A DNA stretch of 64,000 bases from the NCBI GenBank assembly GCA_050950765.1, contig JBMNIF010000005.1, positions 32,001 through 96,000 on the forward strand, read 5' to 3'. This DNA is from Bdellovibrionota bacterium (GTDB lineage: Bacteria; Bdellovibrionota_C; UBA2361; JAAYZI01). A program made the translations under genes and the position numbers. The notes beneath the pieces were generated by a model. It searched no databases, was not told the origin of the DNA, and worked only from the letters and a program-made list of their open reading frames with translations. Positions 1 to 9,782 of the stretch are shown here, piece after piece. How positions within the stretch are numbered: the stretch's first letter is position 1; the number at the start of each line of letters is the position of its first letter.

Positions 1-23
1 TGACGGGTCTATTCCGTTATATT

Positions 24-635
24 ATGCATTGGATCTATGAAAAATACCATGAAAAACGTTTAGGGATTAGAACAGCTGGGTTTATGCATACCGATGATCT
101 TAACATCACAGACAAAGATTGTAATCACTATGAGCCTTGTAGTTATGCCAGTATCTTTAATGTTCTAAAAAAACTCAAAATAGATCCGCAACGTGATGTT
201 TTTATAGATTACGGCTCTGGTAAGGGACGTGCTGTAATCGCTGCTGCTACATTTCCGTTTAAGCGTGTAATTGGAGTGGAGATTGCGCCTCAATTAACAG
301 CGGCTGCTGAAGAAAACTTCAAGATCGCACAAAGTAGGAATGTGTTAAAGTGCTTGCAAGGTGAATTTATCACTGCTGACGCTTTCGACTATCAACCACC
401 TGATGACGTTACCGTTATCTTTTTAAACAATCCGTTTTCTGAAAAATTAATGCAGGATACAGTTGATAAAGTGCTCCAATCTGTGGAACGGGTTCCTCGT
501 GAAGTGTATTTCATTTTACGCTACCCAAATTGGTCAAAAGATTTTTTTAAAGATGATAATCGCTTCACATTGATTTATCACTTTGCTGGTTATTCGGATG
601 CAGGAGAGATTAGCAAAGTTTATAAAAAGAATTAG
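24..635 (+). CDS. Class I SAM-dependent methyltransferase
   Basis: Motif I FIDYGSGKGR, then GVEI and DAFDY/FLNNPF motifs. Confidence 0.8.
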   Translation: MHWIYEKYHEKRLGIRTAGFMHTDDLNITDKDCNHYEPCSYASIFNVLKKLKIDPQRDVFIDYGSGKGRAVIAAATFPFKRVIGVEIAPQLTAAAEENFKIAQSRNVLKCLQGEFITADAFDYQPPDDVTVIFLNNPFSEKLMQDTVDKVLQSVERVPREVYFILRYPNWSKDFFKDDNRFTLIYHFAGYSDAGEISKVYKKN

Positions 636-701
636 CAAAACACCTCGTCTTATATCTTATAATGTTGGACATTTTTTATCGACTCGGATATCGTTCGATG
701 T

Positions 702-998
702 ATGAAGAGAATTATATTTAACTTGATCTCTATTTTGTTTATCGCATCCCTTTCGGGTTGTGCTTACAGTAAAGTAACTTTGCCCCTTGATACTGATGTA
801 AATGAAACCGATCTCGGGGATAAAGAAGGTCGCGCCAGTGTTTATAGTTTACTCTGGTTAGTAGCATGGGGAGATGCAGGTGTTAATGCAGCTGCGAAGA
901 ACGGCAATATAACTACTGTTAAGCACCTTGATGTTGAACAGCACGCTGTATTTTTCGGAATATATACAAAAGTTACAACCATAGCTTATGGGGAGTAA
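702..998 (+). CDS. TRL-like family small lipoprotein
   Basis: Lipobox LSGC; GDAGVNAAAKNGNITTVKHLD and C-terminal TTIAYGE typical of TRL-like proteins. Confidence 0.7.
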   Translation: MKRIIFNLISILFIASLSGCAYSKVTLPLDTDVNETDLGDKEGRASVYSLLWLVAWGDAGVNAAAKNGNITTVKHLDVEQHAVFFGIYTKVTTIAYGE

Positions 999-1338
999 AG
1001 CCAGATCTGTTAAATGCCATCACAAAATTTTACTAGCACTCCTTTTGTTGTTATTTCAATCAGGTTGTGTAAACGGTTTAATCTACACGGACATCACAAC
1101 ACCACTCACCACAAACATGCACAACACCTCAGTAATAGACCAAACAGCAAGCGATTACCGCCTTGTCTTAAAAGAGCCTTTCACTAACGTTGGAATACGT
1201 GGTGAGTGGTCAAACTACGCCATCGCAAAGACAGCAAAAAAACACGGTATGAAAAATATCCATTATGCTGACCTTCGAGAAGAGAGCATTTTAACAGGGC
1301 TTTGGAAGAAAACGACGATTATCGTTTACGGTCGCTGA
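988..1338 (+). CDS. TRL-like family small lipoprotein (tandem paralog)
   Basis: Lipobox QSGC; GLIYTDITTPL, AKKHGMKNIHYAD, C-terminal TTIIVYG; overlaps the upstream paralog. Confidence 0.65.
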   Translation: MGSKARSVKCHHKILLALLLLLFQSGCVNGLIYTDITTPLTTNMHNTSVIDQTASDYRLVLKEPFTNVGIRGEWSNYAIAKTAKKHGMKNIHYADLREESILTGLWKKTTIIVYGR

Positions 1339-1350
1339 CGGTGGTTTTTA

Positions 1351-2662
1351 CTGGTGCCACCCTCTTTTTACCTCCGTTAAGATCTAGCTAACTCGTTTTG
1401 CAGTATCAGCCCGTTCAGTTGTCTTTGGTCGGTGGCACCAGATTTTTAACCACCGTCTAGATCTAGCTAACTCGTTTTGTAGTATCAGCCCGTTCAATCG
1501 TCCCTGAAGAGTGGCACCAAATTCACCTAACCTTAAGCTTTTACTAACACCTTGATATTATTAGATATTGTGATTTTTGAGTTTAAAGACTTTGCACCCT
1601 CTTACTGCCAAATTTCAAATTTTTACCCGCTCTTACTGGTGGGTGGCACCAAATTTCAAATTCGTTCTGCAGTTGCAGCCCGCTCAACCGTCTTTGAAGG
1701 GTGGCACCAAATTTTTGACCTTCGTCGAGATCTAGCTGATTCGTTTTTTTGTTGCAGCCCGTTCTGCTGTCCCTGAAGGGTGGCACCAAATTTTTGACCT
1801 TCGTCAAAATCTAGCTACTTCGTTTTTCAGTATCAGCCCGTTCTGCTGTCCCTGAAGGGTGGCACCAAATTCGCCAAACCTTAAGCTTTTACTAACATCT
1901 TGATATTATTACTAGCACTAAAGGGTGGCACCAAATTTTTGACCTTCGTCAAAATCTAGCTAACTCGTTTTGTAGTATCAGCCCGTCCGATCGTCCTTGA
2001 AGGGTGGCACCAAATTTTTAACCTCCGTCGAGATCTAGCTGATTCGTTTTTCAGTTGCAGCCCGTTCTGCTGTCCCTGAAGGGTGGCACCAAATTCGCCA
2101 AATTCTAAACTTTGCTAACATCTTGATATTATTACTAGCACTAAAGGGTGGCACCAAATTTTTGACCTTCGTCAAAATCTAGCTGATCCGTTTTTCTGTT
2201 GCAGCCCGTTCAATCGTCCCTAAAGGGTGGCACCAAATTTTTGACCGATCCCCGTGCTACTGGTGGGTGGCACCAAAACTGCCGAATTCTGAACTTTTGC
2301 TAACATACTAATATTACTAGCTATTATAATTTTAGAGTCTTTTAGCACTAGTGGGTGGCACCAAATTTTTAACCTTCGTCAAAATCTAGCTAACTCGTTT
2401 TGTAGTATCAGCCCGTTCGATCGTCCCTGAAGGGTGGCACTAGTGATAAGCCGCCAAGATCTGCCAGATCCCGTCCTTACTGAAGGGTGGCACTAGATCC
2501 AGGCTCCCAAGCCGTCAAAGCGGCAAAAAAGAAGGGTGGCACCAAAACTGTCAGATTTTAATTTTTCTAACTTTTACTAACATCTTGATATTATTAACTA
2601 TCATAATTTTAACGTTTTTAGCATTGGCTTTTAGCACTGGTGGGTGGCACTAAATTTTTAAC
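1351..2662 (+). repeat. Mosaic repeat array 1 (GGGTGGCACC-core family, about 17 cores)
   Basis: Cores at e.g. 1699, 1778, 1857, 1923, 2002, 2081, 2146, 2225, 2265, 2353, 2432, 2485, 2534, 2642, separated by recurring module types. Confidence 0.95.
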
Positions 2663-2719
2663 TTATCTAAAAAAAAGAAATTGTCGATATAGAAGGGGGA
2701 ACGGGGGAGCTATATTCTT

Positions 2720-4774
2720 ATGCTGACGATTAGAGAATATTTCATGAAAATAAAAACTCGCAGGGCTTTTCTTATATTCCTGCTAATTGCCTGTTGTTAT
2801 TACAGTTATACTGTAATACACGCTAGCAAAACAAACTCTTATCAACCTCAAAGCTTTTTATCAAATGCGACGACGGGCTTTTTCTTGGATTCTCTTTTTA
2901 CTCTAAGGAAAACACTTGCTTCAAAGAGGGTGGTGCCAGCGTCTGAGGTAGTTATGGTCGGGATTGATGAGAACTTTTTTAAGACTCTCGGTATTCGTAG
3001 CAAGCTTGATTTAATCCCGAGGCGCCACTTCGCTGAACTTATAGAAAAAATTAATAAAGCATCGCCAAAAGCTATCGGTATCGATTTTTTTATTTCAGGA
3101 AAAAGCACACCGGCAGAGGACTACCGCTTAGCTTCTGCTTTAGAAAAATCTCCCTCAATTCTACCATGTGAATACACCATCATCACCGATGGGGGTGATA
3201 TTATAACTCTTGATTCCGATCCTATGTTTAAATCAAAAGCTAAGGGGTGCGGAACCATCTCCTTTAGAACAGATATCTCTGGGAAGAGAACGATTCGTTC
3301 CTTTCTAAGGATGGCTACTTTCCCCAACAAGGAAGAAAAAACAATTCAAGAACTCCCCACTTTTGCAGAAGCACTAGTGAATCTTGCCCATGATAAAAAT
3401 ATAAAATTACCCAATTCAAGTCTTATTAATTATTACGATGAAAATCAAAGTATCTCCTTAGTTTTAGCAAACGATCTTTTGAATAAAGAATTTGAACAAG
3501 ATCTATTTGCACGGTTACATAATAAAATCGTCCTAATCGGAGAGTATATGCCAGTTACCGGAAAAGATCTGCACAACACTCCCCTTTTAGGCGAAAAACC
3601 AGGTATTGAAATCCATGCCATCCTAGTAAGCAATATCTTACAAAATGAGTGGTTAAGAACTTTTCCTAAATTAGACCACGTTCTCACACCCGTTCTATTT
3701 TTATGTGCTTTCTTTGTTTTATTATTAAAGCCACGCGTTGCTGCAATTTTAACTTCGGGGATTACGTTAACTTGGTTAAGCGCTTGTTACATATTCTTCA
3801 TTAATAATTACGTGCTCTTTGGGATGGGACCAATAATTGCACTGTGTATAAGCGGAATTATAAATAACGTTTTTGCTTATTATAAGGTGAGACAACAATA
3901 TAATCAGGTAAGGCAGAAGCGGGATCTGATCTTAAAAGCTTTTTCTAGTTATACAGGGCAAGAAGTTGCGAACCAATTAGCAAAAGATCCTGAAAAAATA
4001 GAGTTGGACGGGAAACAAGTTGAAATTGTCTCTCTCTCAACAGATTTAGCAGGTTTTACAAAGATTGCCGATCAGATGCAGCCTAAAGAGGTCTTTAGTA
4101 TCCTAAATAAATATTACAAAGTTCTTTCGTCTATCGCCTTTGATAATAGAGGTACTGTTATGGGATATGGCGGTGACGCTATGTATGTTATTTGGGGAGC
4201 ACCGGTAGAGATAGAAGAGCCTGTAGATCGCGCCATAAAAGCTGCGTTAGCTATTCAGGAAGGGCTAAAAAAACTGCAAGAATCAGATCCATCACTTCCG
4301 GCATTGCTAACCAGAATTGGAATAGATGCTGGAAAAGCTATTGTTGGAACTATGGGAGGTGAAGGGCTACTTACCTATACATCTATTGGTATGCCTATGA
4401 ATTTAACCGCTCGCTTGCAAAAACTTAATGAAGAGCTGGGAACGTGGATCCTTGTCAGCAAAGCCGGTATTGTTCAAATTAATGAACAATTTAATATCTT
4501 GCCGATGGGGCGTTTTGTTATTCGTGGGATTACCACTCCGACTGATGTTTTTGCCGTATTTCCAGATTATATAGATCGAGACATTGAATTAATTTGGTTA
4601 AAAGCTCTTACTGCGTTCACTTCAAGAAAATGGGAAGAGGCGGCAGATCTTTTCTCTACAATAACGGATCCTGCTCTAATAAAAGCAGCAAGATATTACG
4701 TTCAACATTGTAAAGAATTAAGAGAGTCCCCCCCCCCCACTTCTTGGAATGGCGAAATTACCAGTAAAGGATAA
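2720..4774 (+). CDS. CHASE2-domain class III adenylate/guanylate cyclase
   Basis: N-terminal TM, CHASE2 motifs (VGIDE, KIVLIG, PGIEIHA), 3 TMs, cyclase motifs TDLAGFT, GDA, RIGID, NLTARL. Confidence 0.9.
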   Translation: MLTIREYFMKIKTRRAFLIFLLIACCYYSYTVIHASKTNSYQPQSFLSNATTGFFLDSLFTLRKTLASKRVVPASEVVMVGIDENFFKTLGIRSKLDLIPRRHFAELIEKINKASPKAIGIDFFISGKSTPAEDYRLASALEKSPSILPCEYTIITDGGDIITLDSDPMFKSKAKGCGTISFRTDISGKRTIRSFLRMATFPNKEEKTIQELPTFAEALVNLAHDKNIKLPNSSLINYYDENQSISLVLANDLLNKEFEQDLFARLHNKIVLIGEYMPVTGKDLHNTPLLGEKPGIEIHAILVSNILQNEWLRTFPKLDHVLTPVLFLCAFFVLLLKPRVAAILTSGITLTWLSACYIFFINNYVLFGMGPIIALCISGIINNVFAYYKVRQQYNQVRQKRDLILKAFSSYTGQEVANQLAKDPEKIELDGKQVEIVSLSTDLAGFTKIADQMQPKEVFSILNKYYKVLSSIAFDNRGTVMGYGGDAMYVIWGAPVEIEEPVDRAIKAALAIQEGLKKLQESDPSLPALLTRIGIDAGKAIVGTMGGEGLLTYTSIGMPMNLTARLQKLNEELGTWILVSKAGIVQINEQFNILPMGRFVIRGITTPTDVFAVFPDYIDRDIELIWLKALTAFTSRKWEEAADLFSTITDPALIKAARYYVQHCKELRESPPPTSWNGEITSKG

Positions 4775-4794
4775 ATGGCATTAGGCACCCAAAG

Positions 4795-5144
4795 CTAAAG
4801 GGTGGCACCAAAATTTAACCCTCGTGAAAACCTAACCAACTTGCTTTTTAATATCAGCCCGCTCAAGCGTCCCTAGCGGGTGGTGGTAAATTCACCCCGT
4901 CCAGATCTAGCTACTTCGTCTTGCAGTTGTAGCCAGTTCAACTGTCCTTGGTGGGTGGCACCAAAACTGCCGAATCCTGAACTTTTGCTAATACTTTGAT
5001 ATTATTAACTATTGTAATTTTAGAGTTTGGATGTCCAATTAGGACACCCGCCTTTAGCTGAAGGGTGGCACCAGTTTTTTAACCCCCGTCAAAATCTAGC
5101 TACTTCGTCTTGCAGTTGCAGCCCCCTCAAGCGTCCTAAAGGGT
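4795..5144 (+). repeat. Mosaic repeat array 2 (GGGTGGCACC-core family)
   Basis: Same core and modules as array 1, between convergent cyclase and TPR genes. Confidence 0.9.
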
Positions 5145-5152
5145 AGCGGAGC

Positions 5153-6145
5153 TTATAAAGAGACCTGCTCTTCCTTTAAGGCTGCCTCGACACCTTCTCT
5201 ATTTAATGACCTTGCTTTCTTTAAAAGCTCCTTAGCTGAGGCTTTGTCTTCTTCAGCCACAGCAATTAACGCCATCTGAAAATACGGCTCCCAATCTTCA
5301 GGGTGTGAACTCAACATCCTCTCTGCGTAAGAACGCGCTTTCTCAAAATCGCTTACTTGCCTAGCATGTGCACACAACTTAACTAAAGCCGTAAGACATT
5401 CAGGATCTAATTTCACAGCTTCTTGATAAGAAATTATCGCACCAGCAACATCACCATCTTTCTCCGCCACCCGCGCGGCAGAGCAACGATATCCCGCATT
5501 TTGAGGATCTAAAAAACTTGCTCTGGTATAAAGTGTTAACGCTTCCTTATAATCACCAAGCTTTTCCGTAACTCGCGCTAATTTAGCAAAAGCCAATCCG
5601 TTTTTGGGGTTCGCTTTTACAGACTCTTTAAAAGCATCTTGCGCCTCTTCCAAACGTCCTTGCTCACTTAAACAATCTCCCAAACGCGCCTGTGCTGCTG
5701 CATTTTTAGGATCAAATTGAACAGCCTTACGCAGAACCTGTTCCGCTTCCTCTAGGTTTTGAGCTTTTGTATAAACAGTTCCTAATGCTAAATAATTTTG
5801 CAAGTCCTCTTTTAGACTTAAAGCTTTTTTAGAATCTTCAATAGCTCCGTCAATATCGCCGAGATCCAACTTAACTAAAGCTCTTTCCTGCCAAGCAGAG
5901 TCAAGCTTAGGCTTCAGATCAATCGCTGCTGACAACTCTTCTAGCGCTTCGGCATTTTTACCTTCCTTCCGTAAAACCAGACCGAGATAATATCTCGCCC
6001 TATAAAGATCGGGGGCAATTCTCAAAGCACGTTGAAATTCAGAACGTGCATACCCGATCTCCTCTTTATCCAAGTACGTTAGTCCTTGACTGACAAAGAT
6101 ACCAGCGAACCAATGTTTAAATATTCTTGTTATAAAATTAGACAT
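5153..6145 (-). CDS. Tetratricopeptide repeat protein
   Basis: Multiple roughly 34-aa TPR-like units (e.g. EEAEQVLRKAVQFDPKNAAAQARLG). Confidence 0.85.
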   Translation of the reverse strand: MSNFITRIFKHWFAGIFVSQGLTYLDKEEIGYARSEFQRALRIAPDLYRARYYLGLVLRKEGKNAEALEELSAAIDLKPKLDSAWQERALVKLDLGDIDGAIEDSKKALSLKEDLQNYLALGTVYTKAQNLEEAEQVLRKAVQFDPKNAAAQARLGDCLSEQGRLEEAQDAFKESVKANPKNGLAFAKLARVTEKLGDYKEALTLYTRASFLDPQNAGYRCSAARVAEKDGDVAGAIISYQEAVKLDPECLTALVKLCAHARQVSDFEKARSYAERMLSSHPEDWEPYFQMALIAVAEEDKASAKELLKKARSLNREGVEAALKEEQVSL

Positions 6146-6284
6146 CTTCCCTCTCTTTTCAACGCCGTATTAACTAACATAAAGGGATAAAACATGGAAC
6201 CATCCTTTCTTTCTTTCTCTAGACACACTAAGAATCATTTAGTATTACTATCAGTTGGTTACGCATTATTTTAAGTGAGCTTTC

Positions 6285-7157
6285 ATGAGTTTTCAGCAGG
6301 TATTTTCAACAGGTAAAAAAGTTCTTTCATTTGAATTTTTCCCTCCAAAAGAGGAGGCAAACTTAGAGCAGACTCTCACAAAAATTCAAGAATTAAGTGT
6401 TCTACAACCAGATTTCATGACAGTTACCTATGGAGCGGGTGGCGGTACTAGGGCTTTAACAGCTAGGATGGTCGAGTTCATCACTCAATCTTTGAAGTGT
6501 AATGCTGTGGCACACCTGACTTGTGTAGATCATTCGATAGATGAGATTGATACTCTACTTAATACGTTTAAGAGCGTAGGTGTCAAACATATTTTAGCTT
6601 TGCGTGGAGATCCACAAGGTGGGAAAACTAAATTCGCCCCCCACCCCAACGGTTTTGCAAGTGCACGAGATCTTGTTCAATATATTAAGGCACGGGGAGA
6701 TTTTTCAATTGCAGTAGCAGGCTATCCTGAGACTCACCCAGAAGCACTTTCCGCAGAGGCTGATATTAGATATTTAAAAGAAAAAGTTGATGCCGGTGCC
6801 GAGTTGATTATAACGCAACTCTTTTTCGAAGCAGAGACATATTTCAAGTTTTTAGAAGACACTCGCAAGATCGGTATTGCTACTCCTATTACTCCTGGTA
6901 TTATACCGATTAATAACCTCGATCAGATTGAACGGTTTACTCAACGTTGTGCGGCTTCAATTCCCCCTACTCTATTAAGCTCTTTACGTGCATTGCAAAA
7001 CGATCCGGAAGGAACAGCAGAGTTCTGCAAAAATTATGCTATTGAATTATGCCGTATGCTTTTAAAGGGAGGGGCTCCTGGTATTCATCTCTATACCTTA
7101 AACAATTCTACTTTAGCGGTGCCAATCATTCAGGCGCTTAAGCCGGATTTTTTCTAG
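6285..7157 (+). CDS. metF: 5,10-methylenetetrahydrofolate reductase
   Basis: SFEFFPPK, VTYGAGG, AHLTC, ILALRGD, AGYPE, ITQLFF, GIHLYTLN motifs. Confidence 0.96.
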   Translation: MSFQQVFSTGKKVLSFEFFPPKEEANLEQTLTKIQELSVLQPDFMTVTYGAGGGTRALTARMVEFITQSLKCNAVAHLTCVDHSIDEIDTLLNTFKSVGVKHILALRGDPQGGKTKFAPHPNGFASARDLVQYIKARGDFSIAVAGYPETHPEALSAEADIRYLKEKVDAGAELIITQLFFEAETYFKFLEDTRKIGIATPITPGIIPINNLDQIERFTQRCAASIPPTLLSSLRALQNDPEGTAEFCKNYAIELCRMLLKGGAPGIHLYTLNNSTLAVPIIQALKPDFF

Positions 7158-7166
7158 ACACTAAAC

Positions 7167-8252
7167 TTGATAACTATGGAAATTACAGTCCTTGAAAACA
7201 TTGAAGATTTAACGGCGCTTACTCCTGATTGGAAGATACTGTTATCAAGAGATCCAAATCATACCGTCTTCCAAACTCCCGAATGGATCATCAGTTGTTA
7301 TGAGTGTTTGGAAAATAAAGATCCCCTTTTCGTTATTACAGTCAGAAAGGAGGGGCGGTTAGTTGGACTGGCACCTCTTATAATTAAAAAGAAAAAGATT
7401 AACGGTTTTTCTCGTAAAGTTTTAACTCTTATCGCTTCCGATAACTATGCTTCAGATTATTGTAATTTCATTATTGATTCTAATAATAATAGTGAGATAC
7501 TTACAGCCATCTTTGATACTATTAACACTTCAAAAATGTGGGATCTTTGCGATATCTTCAATATCCCATTTTATGCTGAAGCGCTTCCCCTATTTGGCAA
7601 CTTATGTAAAGAGCGAGGGTTACTACATATTAGATATCCTCTGATAAAAGCAGTGGCTTGTATCTTAGATACTCAGCAAGCGAAAACAGAGCTTTCAAAC
7701 CACTCCAGTTTAAAACGACACATTAAAACACTTAAAAAAAAGGGTAACCTACAAGTTATACACCTTACCGATTTTGCAGAGATACAGAACTATCTTGAGG
7801 CTTTTTTTGAACAACATATAAACCGTTGGAGAGATAAAGCTCCCAGCCTTTTTTTACATAAGTCACAAAAGGATTTTTATAAATTGGCGGCTGAACGGTT
7901 GGCGAAGATTCATGCTCTAATTTTCACTGTTATACTTTTTGATGCTCAACCGATCGCATTTCACTTTGGGTTTGAGTATCGTAATGTCTTTTATTGGTAT
8001 AAGCCTTCTTTTGATATCGATCTTGCAGCAATATCTCCAGGGAAAGTTTTACAACAATCTGTGTTCGAATATGCTGTCACAAATGATATTTCAAAATTTG
8101 ATTTTACAATTGGTGATGAGCCCTATAAACAGAAGTTTGTTAATAATGATTCAATCAATTATCGTTTAACTATTTATAGAAGCTACTTTGATTATTTAAT
8201 AGCGAAAACTCGTCGCTTAGTAAGCACTTTATTGCACGGTGAGTTAAAATAG
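7167..8252 (+). CDS. GNAT-family acetyltransferase (CelD/BcsL-like)
   Basis: FQTPEW, LVGLAPL, SDY, SPGKVL, FDFTIGDEPYK motifs. Confidence 0.8.
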   Translation: MITMEITVLENIEDLTALTPDWKILLSRDPNHTVFQTPEWIISCYECLENKDPLFVITVRKEGRLVGLAPLIIKKKKINGFSRKVLTLIASDNYASDYCNFIIDSNNNSEILTAIFDTINTSKMWDLCDIFNIPFYAEALPLFGNLCKERGLLHIRYPLIKAVACILDTQQAKTELSNHSSLKRHIKTLKKKGNLQVIHLTDFAEIQNYLEAFFEQHINRWRDKAPSLFLHKSQKDFYKLAAERLAKIHALIFTVILFDAQPIAFHFGFEYRNVFYWYKPSFDIDLAAISPGKVLQQSVFEYAVTNDISKFDFTIGDEPYKQKFVNNDSINYRLTIYRSYFDYLIAKTRRLVSTLLHGELK

Positions 8253-8277
8253 ATCTTAAATATAGGATATTCTGTAT

Positions 8278-9405
8278 ATGTCAGTTATAGTCATCACATC
8301 GCTTCAAGAGTTGGAGCCGTATATAAAGGCTTGGGATGATCTTGCTCTAAATGCCATTGAGAGTAATCCTTGTTACGAGAGTTGGATGTTAATACCGGCC
8401 ATGCGTTATCTGGCAAAAGGGAAAAAACTACAGATTGTTTTGGTTATAAAAGAGACTCCCGAAAATCCCCCCCAATTAATTGGTCTTTTCCCTTTTGTTA
8501 AAGAATTAGTTTTTCATAATTTTTTCTTTCCACATTACACTTTATGGCATTATCCGCAATGTCTTTTATGCACGCCCCTTGTTGATAAAGATAATATCTC
8601 TGAGTGTCTAACACAGCTACTTACTTTTGTTGATGGATTAAAGTTTCCGATATGCTTGGTTCGTTTAAAGCTTATTCGTGGAGATGGTCCGTTTTATCAA
8701 AATCTTTTAGAAGCTCTTGCAAAACACGGGAATCGTTCTGATGAAGCTTTTTTTGATAGAGCCTTACTAGAAGCGCAGCCAAGCCTTTCAACTGAAGAGT
8801 TTATGAAAGCCGCCATGTCTCCTAATGCCAGACATGAAATGCGGCGTAAAAGAAATAATCTTGCTAAGTTAGGCAATGTAGAGATTTTGAATTTAACCTC
8901 TGCCGACGATGTTGAGTACTGGCTCAATACTCTTCTTAATTTAGAGGATGGTGGTTGGAAAGGTAAAAAAGGGACATCGTTAATAGCGATACCTGAGGAG
9001 AAGAAGTTTTATGAAGCAGCCTTTAGATCTGCTTTTAAGAGGGGTCAGCTTTTGGCTCAAATGATGACGTTAGATGGGAAGCCTATTGCGATATTAGCTG
9101 AATTTTTAGCAGCGGATAAAGGAGCTCTCTATGCCAGTAAAACTGCTTTTGATGAAGATTTTTCAAAGTATTCTCCAGGTGCGTTGCTTTTACAAAGTGT
9201 CACAGAACAATTTTTAAAGCATCAAGGTTTTGAGTATTTAGATTCATGTGCAGAACCGAATCAAGTTATGTTCAATAGAGCTTGGAAAGAGAGACGTCTG
9301 ATAAAACATATTAATCTCAGCACAAAAAATACTTTAAGCCGTTTAATTGTCAACTTATTTTCAAAGCTTCGAAAAAGGAGATCTGCTGCCACCCTTCAGT
9401 GCTAA
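8278..9405 (+). CDS. GNAT-family acetyltransferase (CelD/BcsL-like)
   Basis: LEDGGWKGKKGT, KTAFDEDFSKYSPG, DSCA motifs. Confidence 0.8.
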   Translation: MSVIVITSLQELEPYIKAWDDLALNAIESNPCYESWMLIPAMRYLAKGKKLQIVLVIKETPENPPQLIGLFPFVKELVFHNFFFPHYTLWHYPQCLLCTPLVDKDNISECLTQLLTFVDGLKFPICLVRLKLIRGDGPFYQNLLEALAKHGNRSDEAFFDRALLEAQPSLSTEEFMKAAMSPNARHEMRRKRNNLAKLGNVEILNLTSADDVEYWLNTLLNLEDGGWKGKKGTSLIAIPEEKKFYEAAFRSAFKRGQLLAQMMTLDGKPIAILAEFLAADKGALYASKTAFDEDFSKYSPGALLLQSVTEQFLKHQGFEYLDSCAEPNQVMFNRAWKERRLIKHINLSTKNTLSRLIVNLFSKLRKRRSAATLQC

Positions 9406-9738
9406 AAACTTTAAAATTACGATAGTTAATAATATCAAGATGTTAGTAAAAGCTTAAGGTTTGGCGGTTTTGGTGCCACCCACCAGTGCCGGTCGGACGG
9501 GCTGTAACTAAAAAGCGAGTCAACTAGATCTCTACGGAGGTTAAAAATTTGGTGCCACCCTTCAGGGCAGGGCTGGTTTCTGGTGCCACCCACCACTGCT
9601 AAAAACTTTAAAATTACGATAGTTAATAATATCAAGATGTTAGTAAAAGCTTAGACGTGGCGAATTTGGTGCCACCCTTCAGTGCCGATCGAACGGGCTG
9701 CAATGACAAAACAGATCGGCTAGACGGGGGTTAAAAAT
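9387..9738 (-). repeat. Mosaic repeat array 3 (GGGTGGCACC-core family, minus orientation)
   Basis: GGTGCCACCC copies on + strand with the same modules reversed; overlaps the last codons of the 8278..9405 gene. Confidence 0.9.
9433..9445 (+). promoter_or_regulatory. IHF-consensus site within repeat module B (representative copy)
   Basis: TATCAAGATGTTA matches WATCAANNNNTTR; further copies at 9630, 54044 and in arrays 1, 2 and 5. Confidence 0.55.
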
Positions 9739-9782
9739 GCGCCATAAAATAAATTTTTAAAGAATTTGTGAGAAGCTTATGG

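Noticed and set aside
1552..1807. Short ORFs 1552..1776 and 1583..1807 (also 9435..9635 and 54079..54312)
   Set aside because: They lie wholly within repeat arrays whose 79-bp period is not a multiple of three; treated as spurious.
1351..2662. Calling the GGGTGGCACC arrays CRISPR
   Set aside because: The core is only about 13-16 bp, intervening sequences recur as a few module families rather than unique spacers, and no cas genes are present.
4728..4738. C11 homopolymer as a phase-variation switch
   Set aside because: It encodes the Pro-rich motif common at the end of these cyclases; slippage would change only about the last dozen residues.
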